Source: Minisyncoccota bacterium
GTDB taxonomy: Bacteria > Patescibacteriota > Minisyncoccia > Phycocordibacterales > UBA9973
Length of the DNA stretch: 64,000 nt
Assembly (NCBI GenBank): GCA_021734995.1
Contig: JAIPHX010000002.1
Span: forward strand, 80,189-144,188
Direction of reading: 5' to 3'
This document shows positions 19,910 through 29,721 of this stretch, piece by piece. Position 1 is the first letter of the stretch; each line of letters opens with the position of its first letter. A model generated the notes under the pieces. It was not told the DNA's origin. It did no database searches and was given only the letters and a program-made list of their open reading frames with translations. A program made the translations under genes and the position numbers.

Positions 19910-20494
19910 ATGAAGAAAAAGAAAGATGCTCTGCCAAAACATATCTGGGATGTTTTTTATAGATTTAAAAAAATGAAGAAAGGTGAATTGATTGAAAATG
20001 GCTCCAAAAAAATAGGGACTAAAATTTACATTTATAGACATATCAAAAATACCATGTCTACCCCAAAAAAAGTATATTTTTCTCATTTAACAATAAAACA
20101 TATGGCAGAAAAAAATATATTAGGTGAAAAATTATTAAAAATAACTCCAAAGATTTTATTAAAACCAGATGAAATTAGACATGGGATCAAAAAAGATAGA
20201 CTAATTTTTATCAAAAACACAAAGACGACTTCTCACGCAAAAAATACAGCAGTGGTCATTGAATCCAAAACAAAAAATACCTGTATTGTTGTCACAATAT
20301 TCCCCACAAACAAAAAATACCTTGAGAAATTTGAGTTACTGTGGAGGACGCCGGCACCAAATGGTGTTCCCTCCATGCGGCAACACTTCAAAGAAGTGGC
20401 TCGCGGCAAGCGATTTCCCGCTCATACAGCAACTCAAAGCTCTCAAAGTACTAAATCCAGTATATCAAAATTAAAACAAAAAGGTCAAGAATAG
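19910..20494 (+). CDS. Putative BECR/PBECR-like ribonuclease, copy 2
   Basis: VYFSHLTIKHMAEK...ILLKPDEIR...RLIFIK...AVVIE...IVVTIFPT..KYL. Confidence 0.6.
   Translation: MKKKKDALPKHIWDVFYRFKKMKKGELIENGSKKIGTKIYIYRHIKNTMSTPKKVYFSHLTIKHMAEKNILGEKLLKITPKILLKPDEIRHGIKKDRLIFIKNTKTTSHAKNTAVVIESKTKNTCIVVTIFPTNKKYLEKFELLWRTPAPNGVPSMRQHFKEVARGKRFPAHTATQSSQSTKSSISKLKQKGQE
20308..20453 (-). ncRNA. Predicted structured antisense sRNA, copy 2
   Basis: Promoter 20488-20459, closing stem 20322-20342/20426-20446, inner hairpins, U-tract. Confidence 0.65.
20459..20488 (-). promoter_or_regulatory. Sigma70 promoter TTGACC-N18-(TGa)TATACT for antisense RNA 2
   Basis: Same boxes and spacing as copy 1. Confidence 0.7.
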
Positions 20495-20510
20495 CTTGCG
20501 AAATTATTTT

Positions 20511-20954
20511 CTACCCTAATTCCCCAAGTTCCTTAAGGGCTTCTTTGGCATAAAAACAAATATTTGGTTCTATATCCATCTCATCCAATTCTTTTATTCC
20601 CACCCAGCGTATTTGATCTGTATCTCTTTCTAAGACCAACTTGTCATTGTTTGTTTTCGCAAAATACACACTGACAACTTTTGTATTTTCAAGATTATTG
20701 ATCTGTGCCAAAAATCTTGGAGCAAGTAAATGTTCATAATGATCTTCATCTGAAATATTTGAATGGTGGCCAAACAACTCAACTTCAAGCCCCACTTCTT
20801 CCATTACCTCTCTTTTTGCTGCCTCTATTGGGTTTTCGTGTTGTTCAATATGCCCACCAACAGAAATCCATTTCCCTAATTTTTCATGCAATCTCAAAAG
20901 TACTTTATTTTGAAAGACAATAAAAACTTCTACGGTAAAATCTACTTTTTTCAT
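20511..20954 (-). CDS. NUDIX hydrolase
   Basis: GGHIEQHENPIEAAKREVMEEVGL Nudix box. Confidence 0.93.
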   Translation of the reverse strand: MKKVDFTVEVFIVFQNKVLLRLHEKLGKWISVGGHIEQHENPIEAAKREVMEEVGLEVELFGHHSNISDEDHYEHLLAPRFLAQINNLENTKVVSVYFAKTNNDKLVLERDTDQIRWVGIKELDEMDIEPNICFYAKEALKELGELG

Positions 20955-21043
20955 AAATTTAATTTAATGAATATTAAACCACAACATTTAAACATTAAGA
21001 CGTATTGATAACATAAATCTATCCAGATAAGAACTTTTCAAAT

Positions 21044-22288
21044 TTAAACAAAATATTTTGGCACAGGAAATTTCTTTGCTAGCTTTCTTACTTCTTCTCT
21101 CGCCATCTTTATTATTTTCTGATCATCTTTGTTCTTCAAAACCCTTATCATTATCTCTGCCACTTGCTTGCATTCTTTTTCGGTAAATCCACGAGTAGTA
21201 ATCGCGGGTGTACCAAAGCGAATACCAGAAGGATCCAATGGCTTCCTTGTATCATTGGCTATAGAGTTCATATTTAAAGTAATTCCCACTTCATCAAGCA
21301 CGGTCTGTGCTTCTTTCCCCGTAACTCCGATAGAGCCATACACATCAGCAAGAATGAGATGATTGTCCGTGCCTCCCCCAATCATTCTAATACCTGATTT
21401 TTTAAATACTCCTTCCATTGCTTTTGCATTCTTCAATATTTGTCGTGCATATTTTTTAAATTTTGGATTTAATGCTTCTCCAAAAGCGACAGCCTTAGCT
21501 GCAATAGTGTGCATATGTGGACCACCCTGAATCCCTGGAAAAATTGCTTTATCAATCTTCTTTGCGATCTCTTCACTTTCACGAGTAAGAATAATTCCTC
21601 CACGAGGTCCTCGTAATGTCTTGTGAGTAGTAGAAGTAATCACATCAAAACCATAATCAAATGGATTCGGCAAAACTTTTCCAGCAATCAAACCTGCAAT
21701 ATGTGCCATATCTGCTACCGTAATAGCTCCTACTTCTTTAGCAATATCTACAAATTTTTTATAATCCAAACTACGAGAATAAGCGGAAAATCCAGCTAAA
21801 ATTATTTTTGGCTTCGTTTCTTTTGCTACACGACGAAGTTCTGCATAATCTATCTCCCCTGTGTCTGGATTTTTCATTTTGTAAGTAACAAAATTATATA
21901 TTTTGGCAGGTAAGGTCATTGGGTGTCCATGAGTAAGATGTCCTCCATGAGATAAATCCATTCCAAGGATAGTGTCCCCTGGAGAAAGTAAGGCAGAATA
22001 TACTGCTAGATTGGCAGGAGCTCCTGAGTGAGCTTGCACATTTGCAAATTTACAATCAAAAAGCTTACAAATACGCTCAATAGCTAGACGCTCCACTTCG
22101 TCTGTAAAATCTTGCCCTCCATAATATCTCCTCCCTGGATAACCTTCTGAATATTTATTAGTAAAAATAGAGCCCATCGCTTCAAGCACATCTTGAGATA
22201 CGTAGTTTTCAGAAGGAATTAGTTCTAGTCCTTCTTTTTGCCTATTTGTCTCTTTTTTAATTAAATCTTGAATTTTTTTATCTTTCAT
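21044..22288 (-). CDS. glyA: Serine hydroxymethyltransferase
   Basis: LIPSEN, NKYSEGYPG, STTHKTLRGPRGG. Confidence 0.98.
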   Translation of the reverse strand: MKDKKIQDLIKKETNRQKEGLELIPSENYVSQDVLEAMGSIFTNKYSEGYPGRRYYGGQDFTDEVERLAIERICKLFDCKFANVQAHSGAPANLAVYSALLSPGDTILGMDLSHGGHLTHGHPMTLPAKIYNFVTYKMKNPDTGEIDYAELRRVAKETKPKIILAGFSAYSRSLDYKKFVDIAKEVGAITVADMAHIAGLIAGKVLPNPFDYGFDVITSTTHKTLRGPRGGIILTRESEEIAKKIDKAIFPGIQGGPHMHTIAAKAVAFGEALNPKFKKYARQILKNAKAMEGVFKKSGIRMIGGGTDNHLILADVYGSIGVTGKEAQTVLDEVGITLNMNSIANDTRKPLDPSGIRFGTPAITTRGFTEKECKQVAEIMIRVLKNKDDQKIIKMAREEVRKLAKKFPVPKYFV

Positions 22289-22370
22289 ACAAACATATTA
22301 GCATAAATACAAGAAATCTACCTACAGAAGAGAAAAATCAAAACCACCCCAAACAGTTCCATTTAAATAG

Positions 22371-23231
22371 TTAAAAACCAAACTTCACCACCACACTCCC
22401 CAAAACATCTGTCCTCAAAACCTGTACTCCAAGAGAATTCAAAATATCCAAAACTTCTCTATGAGGATGCCCATAAGAATTATTTTTACCAGCAGATACT
22501 AAGGCAAAGCGTGGAGAAACTTTTTGCACAAAAGGAAAAGAGCTAGAGGTCTTGGACCCATGATGCCCTGCTTTTAAATAGACACTTTTCAAAAATTGCT
22601 CAGCAGTGTTTTCCAATAAAATATTTTCTGTTTCAATCCCCGCATCTCCTGTAAGCAAAAAAGAAAGGTTGCCAAAAGAAAGACGCGTCACCACAGAAGC
22701 AGAGTTGGTCTCCCAGTCATATACATCTCTATCAGGAAAAAGAATATCTAAATATGTATCCCCTCCTAAATCAATCCGTGTTCCCTTTCGCGCTAAAATA
22801 TTTAAAATATTCTTTTCTGCAATTTTCTGAGAAATATTTTTGTAGACGATAGAATCCGTCGCTACTCCTGATTGAAAAATCATACCAACTTCATAAAAAT
22901 CCAAAAGCTCCTTGAGTCCACCAATATGATCGGTATCTGGATGTGTCATTATTACCACATCTATATATCTATCAAAAGATGGCACCACTTCTGCCAATGC
23001 TCCAAGCAATTTTCTAGGAGGGCCTCCATCAATCAATACTTGTGTCCCTGTGGGAGATTGAATAAATAAAGCATCACCTTGTCCAACATCAAGCATTGCA
23101 AACACAAACTTCCCATCAAGGCTTCTAGTTTCAAAGAAAAGCAATACAAAGAACATTACAGATAGTACAAAAAACATCGCCATAGCAGAAGATTTAGGAT
23201 TTTTGTATATGTTTTTAAAGAAAAAATACAT
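22371..23231 (-). CDS. ComEC/Rec2 C-terminal metallo-beta-lactamase domain protein
   Basis: LDVGQGDA, THPDTDH, LLTGDA, GHHGSKTSS, YGHPH. Confidence 0.92.
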   Translation of the reverse strand: MYFFFKNIYKNPKSSAMAMFFVLSVMFFVLLFFETRSLDGKFVFAMLDVGQGDALFIQSPTGTQVLIDGGPPRKLLGALAEVVPSFDRYIDVVIMTHPDTDHIGGLKELLDFYEVGMIFQSGVATDSIVYKNISQKIAEKNILNILARKGTRIDLGGDTYLDILFPDRDVYDWETNSASVVTRLSFGNLSFLLTGDAGIETENILLENTAEQFLKSVYLKAGHHGSKTSSSFPFVQKVSPRFALVSAGKNNSYGHPHREVLDILNSLGVQVLRTDVLGSVVVKFGF

Positions 23232-23348
23232 TTTAAAAAATATTAAAAAGGCGTGCTTTCAGGCATGCTATAATAAAGACAGGGAAGATATGTGTCTTTC
23301 CCCCTATCTATTATTAAGTTAACATTTACACATAAAGAAAAAATAAAT

Positions 23349-23939
23349 ATGAAAAAATTTGAAGAAATACAATTTAATATAGGTGAGCTAAAAGGTATCT
23401 CCGCTAAAAACATAGAGGAACATCTCAAGCTATATGCTGGCTATGTAAAACATTCCAATTTAATTTTGGAAAAAATATCAGAATATTCTAATGATATGGA
23501 AGGTAACGCCTACACCATAGGAGAATTGCAAAGAAGATTTGGTTTTGAATACAATGGTATGCGCAATCACGAATACTATTTCAAATCTCTAGAGGGCGGG
23601 GCAAAAACATTACCAGAAGATAGTGTTTTAAAAAAAGAAATCATAAATCAATTTGGCTCTTTTGATCAATGGCTCAGAAATTTTCAAGCAATGGCAATGA
23701 CAAGAGGTGTGGGGTGGGCGGTACTTGCTTTTGATACTCACACAAAACAACTCATACACATCTGGATAGACGAGCAACATTTGGGACAATTAAACGGAGC
23801 TCAGTGGATCCTAGGAATAGATATGTGGGAGCATGCTTTTGTATATGACTACCCTACTTCTCAAAAGAGAAAATACATAGAAGCATTTTTTGAAAACTTA
23901 AACTGGGAAGTGATAGAAGAAAATTTTAAAAAGATTTAG
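23349..23939 (+). CDS. sod: Fe/Mn superoxide dismutase family protein
   Basis: NHEYYF, GWAVL, DMWEHAFVYDY; start moved to ATG 23349. Confidence 0.9.
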   Translation: MKKFEEIQFNIGELKGISAKNIEEHLKLYAGYVKHSNLILEKISEYSNDMEGNAYTIGELQRRFGFEYNGMRNHEYYFKSLEGGAKTLPEDSVLKKEIINQFGSFDQWLRNFQAMAMTRGVGWAVLAFDTHTKQLIHIWIDEQHLGQLNGAQWILGIDMWEHAFVYDYPTSQKRKYIEAFFENLNWEVIEENFKKI

Positions 23940-25374
23940 AATATATCTTCCAACTAAAAAATACATAAATCATTAATACCAATATCAGTGGTAAGCTTTT
24001 TATCTGTAGAGAAGCGAGTGGTATTCTTGCCAATAGATCTATCACGAAAAGCTTCCAGTGAAGCAGAAAATATGTAAACTCCAAAAAAGGGAAAGCAATT
24101 ATATGTGAAAATAAATTTAAAAAACCTCCCAAAAATCCAAAAATCATAGTAATCGGAATCGTAGGTAATACCAATATATTAGCAGGCAAAGACACCAAAG
24201 AAAGATTCCCCATTTTGTAAACAACAAAAGGTATTACAAAAACATAAGCAGAAAAAGTAGTAGCAATCATCTCTCTCCACCATTTATTTTCAATCCAAAA
24301 AAAATATTTCTGCACCAAAGGGGTGAAGAAAATTACAGCAATGGTAGCCAAAAAAGAAAGCTGAAAAGACACATCATACACTAAGACAAATGGATTTAGA
24401 ATCACCATTAATAAAGCTACGAATACAATCCCTCTCCATACATCATATTCTCGCCCTGTGGCTTTTGCTACTATTGCTAGACTTGCCATAATCCCTGCCC
24501 TGACAGCAGTCGCCTGCCCTCCCGACATAAGGACAAATAAAAAAATACCAATTACCCCTGTAAAAAATGCCCAGTAAATCGGTAGCCAAGAAAAAAGTTT
24601 CATTATCCATTCAGCAATCATCGTCACATTGTATCCAGAGAGAGCTACTATATGTATCGTACCTGTATCCACAAACTGCTGTCTAAGCTCGGTACTAAAT
24701 CCAGACCGCTCCCCCAAAATCAACCCACCAAGTAAGGTAGATTCTGGAGAAGGGATAACAGCATTCAATTTTTCTAAAAAAATACTTTTTGTTTTATACA
24801 AAAATCTTTTGAGTGGATTTCCCTCCCCTTTATTTACCACCTTTATGTTTGGATAATTCATCAAAAAAAATATTTTATCTTTCTTCAGATATGAAATATA
24901 ATCAAAACTTTTCCCTAAGGGAGTGATAAAATTTTCAGGCAAAATTAAAACACCATTCAATATAACCCTATCTCCATAATCAAAGTATTTTTCAAGCCCT
25001 GTAGTGACGAGAACATTTTGCTTCTCTAGCTTCACTGTGATTTTTTGATTTGTATCTTTCACTTCTGGCTCATTTATCACTATTCCTTCCAAAGATATTT
25101 TTTGTCCTATCTTTTGATAAAAATCAAGAGGAGGATATATATCTGCTATATTGTATCTACTGATACCCAGACCAATAGCCAATAAAAATACACTTGCACA
25201 AATAATTATATTTTTAATTTCCCAAAACACTTTTATTTGCCACAAGAGAAAAATCAAAAACATTGCAACTCCAAAAAGCCAACCAGCAAAATACCAATCT
25301 AAAAAAATAAAGGAACGCATCAGCGTTCCTAGGAGGAATCCAAAACAAATTGTATAAAATATTTTATCCCGCAT
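23926..25374 (-). CDS. comEC: ComEC/Rec2 competence channel (membrane part)
   Basis: GTIHIVALSGYNV, VRAGIM, SFQLSFLAT; many TM helices. Confidence 0.93.
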   Translation of the reverse strand: MRDKIFYTICFGFLLGTLMRSFIFLDWYFAGWLFGVAMFLIFLLWQIKVFWEIKNIIICASVFLLAIGLGISRYNIADIYPPLDFYQKIGQKISLEGIVINEPEVKDTNQKITVKLEKQNVLVTTGLEKYFDYGDRVILNGVLILPENFITPLGKSFDYISYLKKDKIFFLMNYPNIKVVNKGEGNPLKRFLYKTKSIFLEKLNAVIPSPESTLLGGLILGERSGFSTELRQQFVDTGTIHIVALSGYNVTMIAEWIMKLFSWLPIYWAFFTGVIGIFLFVLMSGGQATAVRAGIMASLAIVAKATGREYDVWRGIVFVALLMVILNPFVLVYDVSFQLSFLATIAVIFFTPLVQKYFFWIENKWWREMIATTFSAYVFVIPFVVYKMGNLSLVSLPANILVLPTIPITMIFGFLGGFLNLFSHIIAFPFLEFTYFLLHWKLFVIDLLARIPLASLQIKSLPLILVLMIYVFFSWKIYSKSF

Positions 25375-25882
25375 TTTTTAACATAGTAGGTTCATTATCA
25401 GCAAAGCTTGTAGCTATCTCATCTGCTCTTTCGTTGTAAGTGTCCCCTGTATGCCCTGCCACATACTTCCAAGTGATATTTAATCCTCTAGTCACAGAAT
25501 ATAATTCTTCCCACAATTCTTTGTTTAAAACAGGTTTTTTAGCAGAATTACGCCAGTTATTTTTGATCCATCCATGAATCCATTCGGTGATGCCTAAAAT
25601 CACATATTTGGAATCAGAAAAAATTTCTATTTCAAATTCATTTTTTCCGGAGAAACTATCTCCTCCTCCCAAAGAATCTTTCTCTCCAAAGAATTCCTGC
25701 CGAATTTTTCTAACTCCCTCTATCCCAGCAGTTAGTTCCATTTGGTTATTGGTCGCCCTGTCTGAGCGCCCTCCCATTTCAAAAATTTTATTACCCACAA
25801 TCAAAATAGCTCCCCACCCTGCAGGGCCTGGATTTCCTCTAGCAGATCCATCTGTATATACAATGATTTTTTCTTTTGACAT
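25364..25882 (-). CDS. rnhA: Ribonuclease HI
   Basis: YTDGSARGNPGPAGWG, TNNQMEL, DSKYV, GH...NERAD. Confidence 0.96.
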   Translation of the reverse strand: MSKEKIIVYTDGSARGNPGPAGWGAILIVGNKIFEMGGRSDRATNNQMELTAGIEGVRKIRQEFFGEKDSLGGGDSFSGKNEFEIEIFSDSKYVILGITEWIHGWIKNNWRNSAKKPVLNKELWEELYSVTRGLNITWKYVAGHTGDTYNERADEIATSFADNEPTMLKNAG

Positions 25883-25976
25883 TATCCAAGTATATCATTG
25901 AAAGCAAGATGGTCAAAAAACATTCAAAAATCTCTTTTAAAACATATTTTTTAGATAGTTTTCGTTTTTTAAAAAA

Positions 25977-27764
25977 CTAAAAAACATCCACCACCCTCAG
26001 TCGTAGCTCTGCCCTTCCCCTAAAACGCGACAAGTCAAAATTGGCAAGTAAATCTACGGACATCCCTTCTGCTAAAGTATTTACAGAGAAAGAATCTAAT
26101 GAAGAAAAAAAAGAAATAGCGACCCCTTTGTTGCCCACAGTATCTCTAAAAGATATTTCAAGATGCTCTCCTCCATTTTTACCGAACTTTTTTATTTTCT
26201 CTATAATCACACTCTTAAAAAGAAAAATGGGTTTTGGGTTGCCGAGCCCGAAAGGTTCTAGTTTTTCTAAATCTCGCCAATTTTTCATATTTACTTCAGA
26301 GAGTTTCATTTCCAAATCATATCGCATATTTTCTTTTGTCTCTTCTTTCTTAATTTCAAAAAATGTTTTTGAAAGAACCCCTTCCAAAAAAGGTACTTTT
26401 TCTCGTGAGGTACTGAACCCTCCCGCCAGCTCATGCCCGCCAAACTCATTAAAATAATCTTTAGCGGAAGACATAAGCTCTACCACAGAGACAGATCCTG
26501 GAGAGCGACAAGAGCCACGAATACAATCATTCTCATCTGCTCCCCACACAAAGACAGGTCGCTTGTATTGATCTACAAGCTTGCCTGCTACTAGTCCAAG
26601 TACTCCTACTTTCCATTGAGGGTTTCCAATCACAATCACTTCTCTTATAGATTCAGTTATTTCTTTTTTTTCAAAAATTTTATGCACTTCACGCATAATG
26701 CCTTTTACTAAAGTTTTTCTATCGTCACTTATTTTTATAAGATGTTCAGCTAAAGCGCTCGCCTTAGCAATGTCCACAGAAGAAAGAAGCTCATAAGCTC
26801 GCATTGGGCTATCCATTCTAGAAGCTGCATTTATTTTTGGAATAATCATAAAACTAAGATCATCTGCAGATAAATATCTAAAATCTATTTTCATTTTTGA
26901 AAAAAGCTTTTGTAGTCCTGCCCGAGGAGTCTTACGCAAAACTTTCATTCCAAAAAATGAAATAGCTCTGTTTTCCCCCAAAAGAGGAACCATATCTGAT
27001 AGCGTAGCCATACCTGCCATATCAAGTAGCCACTTCTCCCAGCCAATATGCACATTTTCTTTTATCATTTTTATTGCCTTTGGATACTTTGTGTTTGCCT
27101 CTTCTCCTTGTCTGTCTGTCTCTTTTTCTATCTCTATATTTTCTTTCTCTTTTTTTTGTATATCTTTCACTGCTTCAATATCTCCTTGCTCGGCAAAAGT
27201 TATTAGTCCCTGCACAAGTTTAAACACCACTCCTGCCCCACAAAGCATTTTGGATGGATACTGATCTATTTTTGGATTAAGTATAGCAAAAGCTTTTGGT
27301 AATACTTCTGGTGGAAGATGGTGATCAGTGATAATCACATCTATATTTTCTTTTTGCAAAACATCCACTTCTTCTACCGCTGTAATTCCTAAATCTATAG
27401 TAATCAGTAAATGCACATTTTTTTTAATAAAACCCTCTATAGCAGGAAGGTTTAAGCCATAACCTTCGATATTTCGTTCTGGTATATATACTTCATAATT
27501 GGTAAAACCTATTTTCTGGAAAAAATCAGACAAAATCACCGCTCCTGGGATACCATCACAATCATAATCAGCATAAATTAAAATATTTTCATCTTTATCA
27601 ATAGCCTGTAAAATCCTTTCGCATACAGTCCGCATATCTCGCATCAAAAATGGATCCAAAAAATCCCTCTCATAGCTTGGATTCAAAAAAAGGTCTGCTT
27701 CTTCTACAGAAGAAATACCTCTTTTTTGTAACAATTGCATCAAAAAATCCCCATACTTTTGCAT
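25977..27764 (-). CDS. recJ: ssDNA exonuclease RecJ
   Basis: DYDCDG, ITDHH, SDMVPL, GSCRS, GGHELAGG, LEPFGLGNP. Confidence 0.95.
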   Translation of the reverse strand: MQKYGDFLMQLLQKRGISSVEEADLFLNPSYERDFLDPFLMRDMRTVCERILQAIDKDENILIYADYDCDGIPGAVILSDFFQKIGFTNYEVYIPERNIEGYGLNLPAIEGFIKKNVHLLITIDLGITAVEEVDVLQKENIDVIITDHHLPPEVLPKAFAILNPKIDQYPSKMLCGAGVVFKLVQGLITFAEQGDIEAVKDIQKKEKENIEIEKETDRQGEEANTKYPKAIKMIKENVHIGWEKWLLDMAGMATLSDMVPLLGENRAISFFGMKVLRKTPRAGLQKLFSKMKIDFRYLSADDLSFMIIPKINAASRMDSPMRAYELLSSVDIAKASALAEHLIKISDDRKTLVKGIMREVHKIFEKKEITESIREVIVIGNPQWKVGVLGLVAGKLVDQYKRPVFVWGADENDCIRGSCRSPGSVSVVELMSSAKDYFNEFGGHELAGGFSTSREKVPFLEGVLSKTFFEIKKEETKENMRYDLEMKLSEVNMKNWRDLEKLEPFGLGNPKPIFLFKSVIIEKIKKFGKNGGEHLEISFRDTVGNKGVAISFFSSLDSFSVNTLAEGMSVDLLANFDLSRFRGRAELRLRVVDVF

Positions 27765-27792
27765 AAGAGTTATTCTAACATATATATCAGAA

Positions 27793-28860
27793 TTACTTTT
27801 CTAAAGCTTTAATTCCTGGCAATGTGCCTTTAGCCAAAAAGTCTAAAGTAGCTCCTCCTCCAGTAGAAACAAATCCAAGCTTTTCTTCTATTTTCATCTT
27901 TGAAATTATAGCCACAGTATCTCCTCCTCCAACAACACTCTCCACTTTCATAGAAGCGAGTGTTTTCAAAGTATTTTTTGTTTCACCCATTCCACTTGCT
28001 TCATATCTACCAAGTGGACCGTTCCAAAGAACAAACTTAGATTTTTTGATTATCAATGAAAGCATTTTGGAAGATTCGGGACCAATATCTACAATGTAGT
28101 CATTTTTGGAAATATCGCCTAGCTTTTTAGCATATCTTTTACCCAAAGATTCCACCCATACATCTTGTGGTAATACCAGCTTTTTATTTTTCAAAATATT
28201 TTTTATTCCATAATCATTCTCATCCAAAAGAGACTTGCCTACTTCATAACCACTAGCTTTAAAAAAGTCATTGGCCAAAGCTCCCCCGACAAACACAGTA
28301 TCTGCCAACTTTAAATATTTTTTCAACAAAGGCATCTTGGTAGAAAACTTTGCTCCACCGAGGATAAACAAAAAAGGATGTCTAGAATTTTTGAAAGCTT
28401 TAGATAGATTGTGTGATTCTTCTTCAAGCTGAAATCCAGCATAACTAGGTAAAAGTTTGGGTACACTGACAATAGAAGCATCTTTCCTGTGTGAAACTGA
28501 AAAAGCTTCATTTACATAAATATCAGCTTGCCCTGCAAGAGTTTTGGCAAAAGATAAGTCATTGGCTTTTTCTCCTGCAAACTTTCTAACATTCTCAAAA
28601 AATATAACCCTATCTTTCGGTGCTTTAGAAAGAGCAAAAAATCTTTTCTTTACTGGCTCAATACTTTCAGAGCCGTCCTTTCCTAAATGAGTAACTAGTA
28701 AAAGATTGGCTCCTTTTTTTAATAAAAAATCTATTGTCTTTAAGGATTTTTTGATACGAAAGTCATCAGTTACTTTTCCTCCAGCAATGGGGACATTGTA
28801 GTCCACCCTGACTAAAACTTTCTTCCCTTTCAAATTTTTTAAACTTTTAATTGATTGCAT
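27793..28860 (-). CDS. pgk: Phosphoglycerate kinase
   Basis: RVDYNVP, GGAK, WNGPLG, GGGDT, STGGGA. Confidence 0.97.
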   Translation of the reverse strand: MQSIKSLKNLKGKKVLVRVDYNVPIAGGKVTDDFRIKKSLKTIDFLLKKGANLLLVTHLGKDGSESIEPVKKRFFALSKAPKDRVIFFENVRKFAGEKANDLSFAKTLAGQADIYVNEAFSVSHRKDASIVSVPKLLPSYAGFQLEEESHNLSKAFKNSRHPFLFILGGAKFSTKMPLLKKYLKLADTVFVGGALANDFFKASGYEVGKSLLDENDYGIKNILKNKKLVLPQDVWVESLGKRYAKKLGDISKNDYIVDIGPESSKMLSLIIKKSKFVLWNGPLGRYEASGMGETKNTLKTLASMKVESVVGGGDTVAIISKMKIEEKLGFVSTGGGATLDFLAKGTLPGIKALEK

Positions 28861-28863
28861 AAA

Positions 28864-29652
28864 TTATTTTTTATTAGGACCTTTTAAAGAGTTTAAATTC
28901 TCGGAGGTTTTAATTATTTCAGTAAACTTTGCGGGGTTTAAACTTTCTCTCCCCACCAAAAGCCCGTCGGCTTTTCCATTCTCCAAAAAATCCAAAGCAT
29001 TTTTTGTATTTACAGATCCACCATAGAGAATCTTTACTGTATCGGTAGCGCTTTTACCAAATTTATCATTCAACACTTTTTTGATAAGTAAGCTCATTTC
29101 CAAAAATTCAGCACTAGTAGCTTCGCGGACAGCAGTCTTCCCTATCGCCCAGATTGGTTCATAGGCAATAATGACTTTTGCTAAAGAGTTTTTGGAAACC
29201 TTGTCTAACGCGGATTCAACTTGTTGTTTTACAAAATTCAAATATTTATGATCTGCATCTCTCTCTGTTTCCCCAACACATAAAATTGGAATAATTCCAG
29301 AAGCCAAACATCCCCTAACTTTTCTATTTATTTCTTCATCTGTATATTTGTGTCTTTGTTCAGAATGTCCTACGATAGTATATCTAACTCCAAGAGTATC
29401 TAGCATTGAAGCTGATATCTCCCCTGTAAAAGCTCCTGACTCTTCCCAAAAAGCATCTTGAGATCCTAGAGATATCTTGGTAGAAACTTTTTTTAATTTT
29501 TCTAAAAATAATGCAGGCGGGCAGATGATGACTTGAGTTTTTTTAAGAACAGCAAACCCTTTTGCAATTCCAGAAAAAATCTTTTCTGCCTCTTTTAAAG
29601 ATACAGGATTCATTTTCCAATTACCCACAATTATTTTTTTATTTATAGCCAT
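28864..29652 (-). CDS. tpiA: Triosephosphate isomerase
   Basis: GNWKMN, GHSE, AYEPIWAIG, LYGGSV. Confidence 0.97.
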   Translation of the reverse strand: MAINKKIIVGNWKMNPVSLKEAEKIFSGIAKGFAVLKKTQVIICPPALFLEKLKKVSTKISLGSQDAFWEESGAFTGEISASMLDTLGVRYTIVGHSEQRHKYTDEEINRKVRGCLASGIIPILCVGETERDADHKYLNFVKQQVESALDKVSKNSLAKVIIAYEPIWAIGKTAVREATSAEFLEMSLLIKKVLNDKFGKSATDTVKILYGGSVNTKNALDFLENGKADGLLVGRESLNPAKFTEIIKTSENLNSLKGPNKK

Positions 29653-29667
29653 TTATTGATTATAACA

Positions 29668-29701
29668 AAAAAACCTCCCAAAAAATAGAGAGGTTTTTTT
29701 T
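29668..29701. terminator. Intrinsic terminator after the CARDB protein gene
   Basis: AAAAAAACCTC...GAGGTTTTTTT. Confidence 0.6.
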
Positions 29702-29721
29702 GTTAAAAATTTCTTTTTATT

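Larger units (their letters stand above)
19093..20546. repeat. Tandem cassette duplication (~710-720 bp period) bounded by three ~29-bp direct repeats
   Basis: AATTCCCC(A/CC)AGTT.(T/C)TTAAG.GC.TCTTT at 19093, 19810 and 20518; near-identical 5' and 3' parts of the cassettes. Confidence 0.9.

Noticed and set aside
19598-20474. Alternative ORFs 19598-19909, 19886-20086 and 20259-20474 as antitoxins
   Set aside because: They overlap the main ORFs, and starts and lengths are not equivalent between copies; better explained as shadows
19093-20546. CRISPR array or diversity-generating retroelement
   Set aside because: Repeat spacing is ~710 bp with genes between; no cas or reverse transcriptase gene; differences between copies are not adenine-specific
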